DNA from: Acidobacteriota bacterium
GTDB lineage: Bacteria > Acidobacteriota > UBA6911 > RPQK01 > JAJDTT01
NCBI GenBank assembly: GCA_965217775.1
Contig: CBDCJH010000002.1
Coordinates: 1,728,001 to 1,792,000, forward strand
Length of the DNA: 64,000 nucleotides
Direction of reading: 5' to 3'
A program made the translations under genes and the position numbers. The notes under the pieces were generated by a model. The model was not told the DNA's origin, did no database searches, and saw nothing but the letters and a program-made list of their open reading frames with translations. Of this stretch, positions 20,292 through 28,567 are shown piece after piece (within the stretch, counting starts at the first letter, position 1; every line of letters starts with the position of its first letter).

Positions 20292-21329
20292 TCAGGCGTA
20301 ATGATCCCGGCACCAGTCCTTGACCGCCCGCGGAATCTCGATGAGGTTTTCCAGTTTGGTCGCCAGGGGAATGGCACACTCTGGGGAAATCATATCGACG
20401 CCCGCCGCCATGCATTCGTTGACGGCCGCTCGGACCTCCTCCGGCCCTCGGCTATAGAGGAGTTCCGGGTTGTTCAGATTCCCCACCAGGCGGATCCGCC
20501 CGGAAGCGATCTTCATGGCTTCGGCAGGGTTGTTCTTGGAATCGAAGTGGAAGCAGGCCATCCCGGACTGCGCGATGTAGTCGAGGCGGTCCAGCGTCTG
20601 GCCGCAGATATGGAGAATGAGGGGACACGGGATTCGCTCCCGCATCTCCTTGTGGATCTCCAACAGGAACCTGCGGTAGTACTCACCGCTCACCAGATCG
20701 CCGGTGGCATGGTCCGGAAAGGTGAGGGCGTCGGCGCCCGCTTCGATCTGGGCGAGGGAAAACGCAACCGAGATTTCCTTGAGCCGATCCAGGCAGAGCT
20801 TGGTCATCCCCGGATCATCGATGCTCATGAGCAGAAACTTCTCCACGCCGAAGACGTGATAGGCCAGCGTCCAAGGCCCCATGGCTTTGCCGATGACGGC
20901 GACCTCGTCTCCATATTCCTTTTTCAGGATACGCAGCGCGTCCAGGACGCAGACGTTGTCCGGATGGGTCAGAAAATCCTTCGGCATATGGATGTCGTCC
21001 GGCCCCGACCAGATCGGGTTGTTCATCCGTACCGTGGGCCAGTTGTCCTTGATCTCCCACTGCATGTCACATCCCAGGGCGGAAGACTCCTGGATGATGG
21101 TGAAGACCGGCATGATGCAGTCGAAGCCCAACTGGGTGTATCCCGTTGCCGCCAAGCGCGCGTTGAGCTCGGCGTCACGGCACGCGTCCGGAAACGGAGC
21201 GTCCACCATGTCCATGAGTTCCACGGTGGCGATATTGGTCGGATTGCAGACCGGGGGCCGATCCACCGGCTTGCCGGCCAGCGCGTTCATCACTCGCTCT
21301 CTGGGGGTCATGGTCTCCACGAATGGCAT
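20292..21329 (-). CDS. MtaA/CmuA-family (URO-D fold) Zn-dependent methylcobamide:thiol methyltransferase
   Basis: MTPRERVMNALAGKPVDRPPV N-terminus, GPWTLA, Zn motif LHICG...PECAIP. Confidence 0.88.
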   Translation of the reverse strand: MPFVETMTPRERVMNALAGKPVDRPPVCNPTNIATVELMDMVDAPFPDACRDAELNARLAATGYTQLGFDCIMPVFTIIQESSALGCDMQWEIKDNWPTVRMNNPIWSGPDDIHMPKDFLTHPDNVCVLDALRILKKEYGDEVAVIGKAMGPWTLAYHVFGVEKFLLMSIDDPGMTKLCLDRLKEISVAFSLAQIEAGADALTFPDHATGDLVSGEYYRRFLLEIHKEMRERIPCPLILHICGQTLDRLDYIAQSGMACFHFDSKNNPAEAMKIASGRIRLVGNLNNPELLYSRGPEEVRAAVNECMAAGVDMISPECAIPLATKLENLIEIPRAVKDWCRDHYA

Positions 21330-21347
21330 TCCATCTGCTCCTTGGGA

Positions 21348-22022
21348 TCAGAGAGGGCTGAAGCCCGCGGTTCCGGTGGTGAGCTGACCTCTTTGGGCCG
21401 AACTCTCCAACATGTTCTCCACGGCGCTGATGTTGCGGGAGAATGGGAACAGGAGCCGGACCAACGGCTCGTGACGGTGTCCACAGTTGAAGGAGACACC
21501 GAGGTTTCCCGCCTGCTCCATCTCGCCGTACTTTCGAAAGCCCATGGTAATGGCACGCAGGCGAAAAGGAGCGTTACGCGCCTCGCCCTGAGCCGAGACC
21601 TGGTAGACCCAACGATTCTCGGAGTGGTGAGGCGTGAGCTTCAAAGTCAATGGACTGCGCGTATCCCGAAGCACCATCTCTCCCGTGGGATGAGAAAAAT
21701 TCGGATCCTTTTCCACCGCCTGCGGCATCAGAAACTTGAGCGGTCTCGAATGAAGTACTCCACAGGGAAATCGAACCTGGTTCCTGCTACCCTCCACCGC
21801 AACCAAGCCACCCAAATTGCAAAGTTGGTCTCGGATTCTCTCGATCCGGTCCTCGACCCCCGCCTTCTTGCTGTAGGTCCAGACGGTCAAAAGGCCGTCT
21901 TTCTCGTAGAGACCGATAGTGATGTCGTGGAAATGCGGGTCCATGGAAACCAGTTCGACGCAGCGCCCGTAGCGCTCGATCATCTCCTCCACCTGGGAAA
22001 GCTGACCTTCCCTACCCTTCAT
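21348..22022 (-). CDS. Hypothetical protein with duplicated FxCGxxH motif
   Basis: ATGA overlap with upstream gene, co-oriented in the cluster; motifs FPCGVLH and FNCGHRH. Confidence 0.75.
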   Translation of the reverse strand: MKGREGQLSQVEEMIERYGRCVELVSMDPHFHDITIGLYEKDGLLTVWTYSKKAGVEDRIERIRDQLCNLGGLVAVEGSRNQVRFPCGVLHSRPLKFLMPQAVEKDPNFSHPTGEMVLRDTRSPLTLKLTPHHSENRWVYQVSAQGEARNAPFRLRAITMGFRKYGEMEQAGNLGVSFNCGHRHEPLVRLLFPFSRNISAVENMLESSAQRGQLTTGTAGFSPL

Positions 22023-22396
22023 GGCGAATTGCTCCCGGATGTTGAAGGGACCGGATCGTCACCGATCCAGCGCTCAAGCGCGCCGGGCCGCTCATCCCGC
22101 TGACCGGCACGATGGAGCCGGCAAATTCGGGCCGCCAAGTCTTCAGGGAGTCCATGATTGAATCGTCCCGCCCAAGCTTGGGCGAGCTGGCGTGGATCTC
22201 CCGAGTCCCGACCCTGATCCACCCACTCCCAACCCTCCAAATAAGCATCGCTCCCCATGCTCCCTTCGAACATGGCGACGGCGTCCACCGCTTCCTGGAA
22301 CCGGTGGTCCAGCGGTTCCGAAACTCGATCGCCACCGGATTCGACCTGGACCTGGACGGGGATCTCTTTCCAGTAGAGGACTCTGATATTGGCCAC
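22019..22396 (-). CDS. 'Virulence factor' (Virulence_fact-type) family small protein associated with B12 methyltransferase loci
   Basis: LYWKEIPVQV...RFQEAVDAVAM...DAYLEGW pattern; GTG start at 22396. Confidence 0.75.
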   Translation of the reverse strand: MANIRVLYWKEIPVQVQVESGGDRVSEPLDHRFQEAVDAVAMFEGSMGSDAYLEGWEWVDQGRDSGDPRQLAQAWAGRFNHGLPEDLAARICRLHRAGQRDERPGALERWIGDDPVPSTSGSNSP

Positions 22397-22435
22397 GATT
22401 TGGGCTCCCACAAGAGGCAATCCAGCCTGGACTAG

Positions 22436-22594
22436 GAGTCTGCGCGGTAGGAATGATCGTAGCGAGAAAGCGGGGAATCGAGGCCAGATTTTCTCGATTT
22501 TGAGGCGCATAGTCGTTCTATTCGCCGAGAAATCGGGGAAATATGGACCGATTCTACCGCTTTCGCAGTAGATCAATTTCTGCCGCGCAGGCTC
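22436..22594. mobile_element. MITE family B, full-length (159 bp), CTAG target duplication
   Basis: Imperfect TIRs GAGTCTGCGCGGTAGGAA / TTTCTGCCGCGCAGGCTC (15/18), CTAG at 22432-22435 and 22595-22598, nested internal palindrome, no transposase. Confidence 0.85.
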
Positions 22595-22800
22595 CTAGCG
22601 TCAGAACCGGATCTACGGGACGTCTCCCCTGCCAAGTCGGTCTCGGCGGCCATTTCTCGGGGGCGGAGGTGACCTTCTCCGTCCCACGGACAAGTCAGGC
22701 TACACCAGCGTGGACACCCTGTAAAGCCCGCCGGCCCCGGGTACTCCCGGCCCTGTGGCTGGCGCCGGCCGGGCTTTTCACCGGCTCCGATACACCTTTC

Positions 22801-22830
22801 TTGACTTGGTCCGAGCCACTTCCGCAAAAT
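22801..22830 (+). promoter_or_regulatory. Putative sigma70 promoter TTGACT-N18-CAAAAT giving a leaderless xdhC transcript
   Basis: -10 ends 6 nt before ATG 22837; no SD. Confidence 0.5.
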
Positions 22831-22836
22831 GTGGTC

Positions 22837-23694
22837 ATGGATGTCTACGAGGAGATTGTCCGGCTCCGGCGCGAAGGACGTTCGGGCGCAGTGGCCACCA
22901 TCGTCCGGCGAATTGGGAGCACTCCCCGGAAAGACCACGCCAAGATGCTGGTCCGCCAGGATGGAAGCTTTGTGGGCACCGTCGGCGGCGGCTGTGTCGA
23001 AGCCGAAGTCTGGCGCCATGCGAACCAGGTCATGGAATCGGGCCGGGCCGCACTGGTCAAATACAAATTGACCCAGGAAGATACGGAAAACGAGGGCCTG
23101 GTCTGCGGCGGTACCGTGGAGATCTTCATCGAGCCCGTGATTCCCGAGCCCACGTTGATTCTGATGGGAGCCGGACACTTGGGACAGGCCATCGCCGCGG
23201 CTGCCGACAAGGTCGATTTTCAGGTCGTCGTCCTGGATGACCGGGAGGCCTTCGCCAATCGCCAGCGATTTCCCCGCGCCCGGGAAGTGATCGTAGACTC
23301 CTTCCGGACGGGTCTCTCCCAGACATCGGTGACGGTCAACACCTTCATCCTGGTCATCACTCGGGGTCACAGCCATGACCACGCCGCACTGGAAAAGGCG
23401 ATTCAGACCGAGGCCCGATACGTGGGACTGGTGGGCAGTCGCCGAAAGATCCAGTTGATCGTCGACAACCTTCTGCAACAGGGATATCCGCCCGACCTGT
23501 TCGAGAACCTCTACGCTCCCATTGGACTGGCCATCGGATCCGAGACTCCGGAAGAGATCGCCATCAGCGTCGTCGGTGAACTGATCGCCATCCGCAAGGG
23601 CGTGCATGAGCGGAACCGCAAACAACTTTTCGTTCGGAAAATCCTGGAGCGGGCAAGAACAAAGCAAGCTCCAGCCCAGGTTGCCGCCGGCTAA
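22837..23694 (+). CDS. xdhC: XdhC/CoxI family molybdenum cofactor chaperone
   Basis: GSTPR, GTVGGGCVEAE, GLVCGG, GAGHLG, YVGLVGSRRK, APIGLAIGSETPEEIAIS. Confidence 0.9.
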   Translation: MDVYEEIVRLRREGRSGAVATIVRRIGSTPRKDHAKMLVRQDGSFVGTVGGGCVEAEVWRHANQVMESGRAALVKYKLTQEDTENEGLVCGGTVEIFIEPVIPEPTLILMGAGHLGQAIAAAADKVDFQVVVLDDREAFANRQRFPRAREVIVDSFRTGLSQTSVTVNTFILVITRGHSHDHAALEKAIQTEARYVGLVGSRRKIQLIVDNLLQQGYPPDLFENLYAPIGLAIGSETPEEIAISVVGELIAIRKGVHERNRKQLFVRKILERARTKQAPAQVAAG

Positions 23695-23743
23695 CCGGAA
23701 AAATCCGACCGATCCCCAATCCGGATTCGGATCGAAGTACCGG

Positions 23744-24427
23744 CTACGCTGAATCGAGTTCCCCTGCCAGTAAGCGGAGGATCTCTTCGTCCATCGCGCC
23801 CTTCCTGACGATCCGGGGCGGCTTCCCGCACAGATCCAAGACGGTGGAAGGCACCGATCCGGGAAGCGGTCCCGCGTCCAAGAAAAGGTCGACTTTCCGG
23901 CCGAAGAGGTCTTCCATCCGTGACCTGGATTCCGGAGCCGGCTGCCCCGCCAGATTGGCGCTGGTGGAGACGATGGGAGCGGCGAAGCGTTCCAGCCAGA
24001 GTCGGAGGAAAGGCAGGCTGGGGTACCGCAACCCGACCTTGCCCTGGTTTCCGGTGATGGCCGCCGGGAGCGAAGGCGCCGCCGGAACCAGGAAGGTGAC
24101 GGGCCCAGGCCAGAGCCGGGCCGCCAGCCGGTGGAACTGCCGAGGTAACCGCTGGGACAGTTTTCCGGCTGATTTCAGATCCGGAATCAGGAGCAACAGA
24201 CCCTTGTCCGCGGCCCGCCGCTTCAGTTGCAGAATCCTCTCGAGGGCGGGCTCGCAAAAGCCATGGCACCCGAATCCGTATACGGTATCCGTGGGATAGA
24301 GGATGACTTCCCCTCGATCGAGCGCCCGGGACGCCGCCTCGAGGACGCCCGGGTCGGGCCGATCCGGATCGACAGCCAGCCTTCGTCTCCAACCTCTCTC
24401 AGCGTTCTCCATCTGCTCCCGTTCCAT
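23744..24427 (-). CDS. tsaC: L-threonylcarbamoyladenylate synthase (TsaC/SUA5 YrdC domain)
   Basis: YPTDTVYG, WPGPVT, STSANLAG, PSTVLD. Confidence 0.92.
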   Translation of the reverse strand: MEREQMENAERGWRRRLAVDPDRPDPGVLEAASRALDRGEVILYPTDTVYGFGCHGFCEPALERILQLKRRAADKGLLLLIPDLKSAGKLSQRLPRQFHRLAARLWPGPVTFLVPAAPSLPAAITGNQGKVGLRYPSLPFLRLWLERFAAPIVSTSANLAGQPAPESRSRMEDLFGRKVDLFLDAGPLPGSVPSTVLDLCGKPPRIVRKGAMDEEILRLLAGELDSA

Positions 24428-24482
24428 TCCGGCTCGTCGGGGCGGGGACGGCCTTCATCGCGGGCTGGTAGAATATCATCAG

Positions 24483-25256
24483 GTGTCCGCTTCTCCGGAG
24501 GTGATCCGAAGCCGGTCGAACAAACGCTTTCAACGGCTGCGTCTGCTGGTGGCCGGTTGCGCCTCTTCCGATTGTCCCTGGGTCATGGTTGAGGGTTGGA
24601 AACAGGTTTCGGATCTTTCCAGGACTCTCGAAATAGAAGTTCTTCTCTACTCTCAGGACGGCGATGCCCGACTCTCCCAGTTGAGGCGACGGAGCCGCCA
24701 ATATCTCCAGCTTTCCAAGCCTTTGTTCAAATCGCTCTCCAGTGTGGAGAATCCCCAGGGAGTTGCCGCATTCTTTCCGAAGCGGAAATGGAATTGGTCC
24801 GATCTGGGTCCTTATATCCTCTACGCCCACGAGATCCAGGACCCGGGCAACCTGGGAACGCTGTTGAGAACGGCAGAGTCGACAGGTCAGTTCACCCTGG
24901 TGACTTCTCCGGGTTGCGCCTCCTGCTACGGTTCCAAGACGGTTCGGGCGTCGGTGGGAGCGGCCTTGCGCCTACCGCTGCTGGAGAGGATACCGTGGAC
25001 GTCTCTCAGATCGAGAGGCTACCAGTTGTGGGCCACAACGCATCTGGGCGGAACCTCCCTGTTCCAGGCCAGATTCCGTCCTCCTCTGGCGGTGCTGGTC
25101 GGGAACGAGGGCAAGGGACTTCCGAGCCGAATCCTGGAAGAAGCGGACCATCAGTTGCACATCCCCATGGGAATCGGTGAGGGGAGCCTCAACGCGGCCG
25201 TCGCCGGCTCGCTCGCCCTCTACGAGGTCTTTCGGAGGGAACCTGGACATGAGTAG
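24483..25256 (+). CDS. TrmH/SpoU family RNA methyltransferase
   Basis: IQDPGNLGTLLRTA, GNEGKG, SLNAAVA; start approximate. Confidence 0.9.
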   Translation: MSASPEVIRSRSNKRFQRLRLLVAGCASSDCPWVMVEGWKQVSDLSRTLEIEVLLYSQDGDARLSQLRRRSRQYLQLSKPLFKSLSSVENPQGVAAFFPKRKWNWSDLGPYILYAHEIQDPGNLGTLLRTAESTGQFTLVTSPGCASCYGSKTVRASVGAALRLPLLERIPWTSLRSRGYQLWATTHLGGTSLFQARFRPPLAVLVGNEGKGLPSRILEEADHQLHIPMGIGEGSLNAAVAGSLALYEVFRREPGHE

Positions 25257-26595
25257 GAGCCTGTTCCCCGGCATGTCCTCCGTAACGGAAGAGCAGGGCC
25301 CGCAGGCACCCCTTGCCGATCGAATGCGTCCCCTTACCCTGGAACAGGTCGTCGGCCAGGAACATCTTCTGGGTCCTGGAAAAATCCTTCAGGAAATAGC
25401 GGCTTCCGGTGAGATTCCTTCCCTGTTGCTCTGGGGCCCCCCGGGAGTGGGCAAAACGACCTTGGCGCACCTGATGGCTCACAAGGGGAGCTGCCATTTC
25501 ATCTCCATCAGCGCGGTGCTGGCGGGGGTCAAGGAAGTCAAACGGATAGTGCAGGAAGCACGCACCGAGTGGCGCCTCCGGCAACGCCGCACCGTTCTGT
25601 TCGTAGACGAGATTCATCGCTTCAACAAGGCTCAACAAGATGCTTTCCTTCCCCATGTCGAGAATGGAACTCTGATTCTGGTGGGCGCCACCACTGAGAA
25701 TCCTTCCTTCGAGGTCATCCCTCCGCTGCTCTCCCGCAGCCGGGTCCTGGTGCTCAAGACTCTGGATGAATCGCATTTGCTGACGTTGCTCCGGCGAGCG
25801 CTCAAGGAGGACAAAGGACTGGGCCGCTGGAAGCTGCGGGTGGAGGAGGGTTGCCTTGAGACGATCGCCGGGTTCGCCGATGGAGATGCGCGGATCGCGC
25901 TCAATTCGCTGGAACTGGCAGCTCAACTGGTACGCCGGTCCCAACCGGGAGATGCGGTCATCACCCGTGAGATTGTGAGGGAAGCACTGCAGACCCGGAC
26001 TCTCCGTTACGACAAGTCAGGCGAGGAGCACTACAACCTGATTTCGGCTCTTCACAAGTCCCTGCGCAACAGCGACCCCGACGCGTCCCTCTACTGGATG
26101 GGAAGGATGTTGGAAGCGGGGGAAGATCCCCTCTATATCGCCCGGCGGATGGTCCGTTTTGCCTCCGAGGACATCGGCTTGGCCGACCCGGACGCGCTCG
26201 GGCGCGCCATCGACGCCATGCAGGCCGTTCATTTCATCGGCCTTCCCGAGGGAAAGCTGGCATTGGCCCAGTTGGCCGTCTATCTGGCGCAGGCTCCCAA
26301 GTCGAACCGGATCTACGAGGCCTACTCGCGGGTCGAGAAGGACGTTACCAGCACCCGCAACCAACCCGTCCCCCTGCACTTGAGGAACGCTCCCACCAGC
26401 CTGATGAAGGAACTCGGTTACGGCCGGAACTATCGTTACGCCCACAACGAACCGGACCGAGTGGCCGATATGGATTGCCTGCCTTCCAATCTGGCCGGGC
26501 GAAGCTACTATGAGCCGAGCGGCGAGGGATTCGAGCGCGAGCTTCAGGCCCGGCTGGATTTCGTCAAGCAGGTGAAGAAACGCAGTCGCAAATAG
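25249..26595 (+). CDS. rarA: Replication-associated recombination protein A (RarA/MgsA)
   Basis: PLADRMRP, WGPPGVGKTT, DEIHRFNKAQQD, SALHKS.R.SDPDA. Confidence 0.96.
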   Translation: MSRSLFPGMSSVTEEQGPQAPLADRMRPLTLEQVVGQEHLLGPGKILQEIAASGEIPSLLLWGPPGVGKTTLAHLMAHKGSCHFISISAVLAGVKEVKRIVQEARTEWRLRQRRTVLFVDEIHRFNKAQQDAFLPHVENGTLILVGATTENPSFEVIPPLLSRSRVLVLKTLDESHLLTLLRRALKEDKGLGRWKLRVEEGCLETIAGFADGDARIALNSLELAAQLVRRSQPGDAVITREIVREALQTRTLRYDKSGEEHYNLISALHKSLRNSDPDASLYWMGRMLEAGEDPLYIARRMVRFASEDIGLADPDALGRAIDAMQAVHFIGLPEGKLALAQLAVYLAQAPKSNRIYEAYSRVEKDVTSTRNQPVPLHLRNAPTSLMKELGYGRNYRYAHNEPDRVADMDCLPSNLAGRSYYEPSGEGFERELQARLDFVKQVKKRSRK

Positions 26596-26650
26596 GGAAC
26601 ACGCTGCTGAGTGTCCGATTTCCCGGCCGCCGATTTCGATCGACCGTTAC

Positions 26651-26808
26651 CAGCCCGTGGCAAAAGTCGTCACGGCATTCGACCGTCCCTGCATCCCGGC
26701 GGACTGCGTTGCTATCGGCTCACATACTCCCGGTATGCTCCCGAATCGCGCCTTGTCCGGCGGGCGCAGGAACGGTCTCGGTGCTCGCGAGACTTTCACC
26801 ACGGACTG
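26651..26808. mobile_element. MITE family A copy 1 (158 bp), TTAC target duplication
   Basis: TIRs CAGCCCGTGGCAAAAGTC / GACTTTCACCACGGACTG (15/18); TTAC at 26647-26650 and 26809-26812; 154/158 identical to 57532-57689. Confidence 0.9.
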
Positions 26809-26829
26809 TTACGGCATCTTTCGGCCGAA

Positions 26830-28485
26830 TCACTGGGGAGACGAAGGAGACGGACCGGTCCTGGGCGCGGCGGCCAACACCTGGAGAAACTCTTCCTGGA
26901 GTGATTCCAGTTCCGCCTCGTCACCCCTGAGATGATTGGCCAACATGACAAAGGCCAGAGTTTCGCCATGAACCGTCTCCAGAAACCCCGATAACCCCCG
27001 GACTCCCTCCATGGACCCGGTCTTGGCCTGGACCCGGCCCTTCAGACCGGGGGCCTTCATACGCCGGCGGAGAGTGCCGTCGACTCCCGCCGCCGGCAGC
27101 CATTGCCGAAAGGCCGGCCCATAGGATTGCCGGTGCACATGTTCCAGGAGTTTCACCAGGGCGGCGGCTGAGATCAAGTTGTGACGAGAGAGGCCGGAAC
27201 CGTCCGCCAGCAGGAAGCTGTCCGCCTCCAGACCGACGCGATGGGTGAGGACCGACTCCATCCGGGTGAGGCCCTCCTGGACTCGCTTTCCTCTCGGGGC
27301 CGGGTCCAACATCCGCAGGAGCGTTTCTCCATAGAGATTTTGGCTGATTTTAAGGAAGACACGCAGAACTTGGGCAAGGGGCGGAGAGTCGTGAGAAAAG
27401 AGCTCCGTCCTGGATTCGCCCGGAACCGCGTGGCCATTCCCGCCCTCCCGGACGCCCATCAGTTCCAGGTCGCTGGAGCTCAGGAACTCGGCGAAGGCGC
27501 TGATGAAGTATGCGGTTGGGTCCCGGACCGCGACGCCGAGCCAGACCGGCTTCTGCGAGGGTTCCACGGCGCCCGCCAAGATGACTTCCGCTTCCAGACT
27601 GGGCCATTTCAACTCCAGTTCTTGATACGGACCGGTCCGGATCTGGTTTCTCCAGCGGATCAGTGGCGTTCTCGGCCGCCACAGGAGGTGGGCAAGAGCC
27701 CCCAGGTGAGTCGGCGAAACCTGGACCAGGGCGACGCCCTCGTTGAACTGCAGGCCGCTGGGGGAGGCTCCGTAGCCGTAGACCAGATCGTCCCAAGCCC
27801 ACCCCCGGCCGGGGCCTTCCGTCTCCAGCAGGCTGTCGTCCGCCAACAGCCTTCCCCGGATTCGTTGAATTTCCAACGTCTGAAGATTCGCTCTCCACTG
27901 CCGGAACACGGCCAGGGGATCCCCCTCCTCCATCTTCTCCGGATCGGGGCTGTTGAAGCGTGCGCCAAGGGTCGGGTCTCCGCCTCCCTGGATGATGAGG
28001 TTTCCCTCCAAGGTCCCGTCCTCGATACGGCCATCGGTCAGGACCCGAGTCGTGAACCGGAAGTCCAGCCCCAGGTCTTCGATGGCCGCGACGGCGGTCA
28101 GCAGCTTCAGATTCGAGGCGGGTACCAGACGCTTGTGGGGATTCTCGGCAAACAGAATCTTCCCGGTGTCCATGGACTGGACCTGGATTCCCCAAGAGGA
28201 CCGAACCAGGACGGGAGCCGCCAGAACCTGTCCAAGTCGATCCTCCAGGCGCGGATTCTCAGGTCCTTCAGTGGCGGGAGAACCGATCTGCGAGGCCGAA
28301 GTCGCGCCGCCATAGGCCTGCGGACAACTGAGGAAGAGCAATCCACAGAGCGTGCGCACCAGGCTGATAAACCGGTCCTTGGGCACAGGGCAGAGAGTAC
28401 GTCCGTCATAGTCTTCGTGGCAACCCGCGGCAGTCTGGCGGCTCCCCGCTCCTGGCCCGCATTTTTCGTCCGAATCGCCGGCCAT
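26830..28485 (-). CDS. dacB: D-alanyl-D-alanine carboxypeptidase/endopeptidase (PBP4, S13)
   Basis: PASNLK (SxxK), SQN (SxN), DGSGLSR, AKTGS (KTG); true start may be downstream. Confidence 0.92.
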   Translation of the reverse strand: MAGDSDEKCGPGAGSRQTAAGCHEDYDGRTLCPVPKDRFISLVRTLCGLLFLSCPQAYGGATSASQIGSPATEGPENPRLEDRLGQVLAAPVLVRSSWGIQVQSMDTGKILFAENPHKRLVPASNLKLLTAVAAIEDLGLDFRFTTRVLTDGRIEDGTLEGNLIIQGGGDPTLGARFNSPDPEKMEEGDPLAVFRQWRANLQTLEIQRIRGRLLADDSLLETEGPGRGWAWDDLVYGYGASPSGLQFNEGVALVQVSPTHLGALAHLLWRPRTPLIRWRNQIRTGPYQELELKWPSLEAEVILAGAVEPSQKPVWLGVAVRDPTAYFISAFAEFLSSSDLELMGVREGGNGHAVPGESRTELFSHDSPPLAQVLRVFLKISQNLYGETLLRMLDPAPRGKRVQEGLTRMESVLTHRVGLEADSFLLADGSGLSRHNLISAAALVKLLEHVHRQSYGPAFRQWLPAAGVDGTLRRRMKAPGLKGRVQAKTGSMEGVRGLSGFLETVHGETLAFVMLANHLRGDEAELESLQEEFLQVLAAAPRTGPSPSSPQ

Positions 28486-28567
28486 ATGGCGAAAAAGAAG
28501 TCATCCTCAGAGGCTTCGGGGTTTATTATGGAAGCCTCTCGGGTCCAGACTCTGACGGAATGAATCG

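Noticed and set aside
14893-21329. Wood-Ljungdahl pathway or split methionine synthase
   Set aside because: No acsB/CODH/CoFeSP and no homocysteine-binding domain in the window; only the methyl-transfer branch is supported
20292-21329. hemE or cmuA gene assignment
   Set aside because: The HxC...C Zn motif and gene context argue against HemE; CmuA is a methyltransferase-corrinoid fusion, whereas this protein is stand-alone
22019-22396. Virulence role for the 'virulence factor' family protein
   Set aside because: The family name is historical; the context points to B12 methyl-transfer metabolism
22397-22836. Cobalamin, SAM or Moco riboswitch in the divergent intergenic region
   Set aside because: No B12-box or other core motif recognised; the main structure is explained by the MITE. 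An Rfam cmscan would be decisive
26611-26935. Short ORFs repeated at 26.6 kb and 57.5 kb (e.g. MLSAHILPVC...)
   Set aside because: They are read-throughs of the MITE family A sequence, not genes
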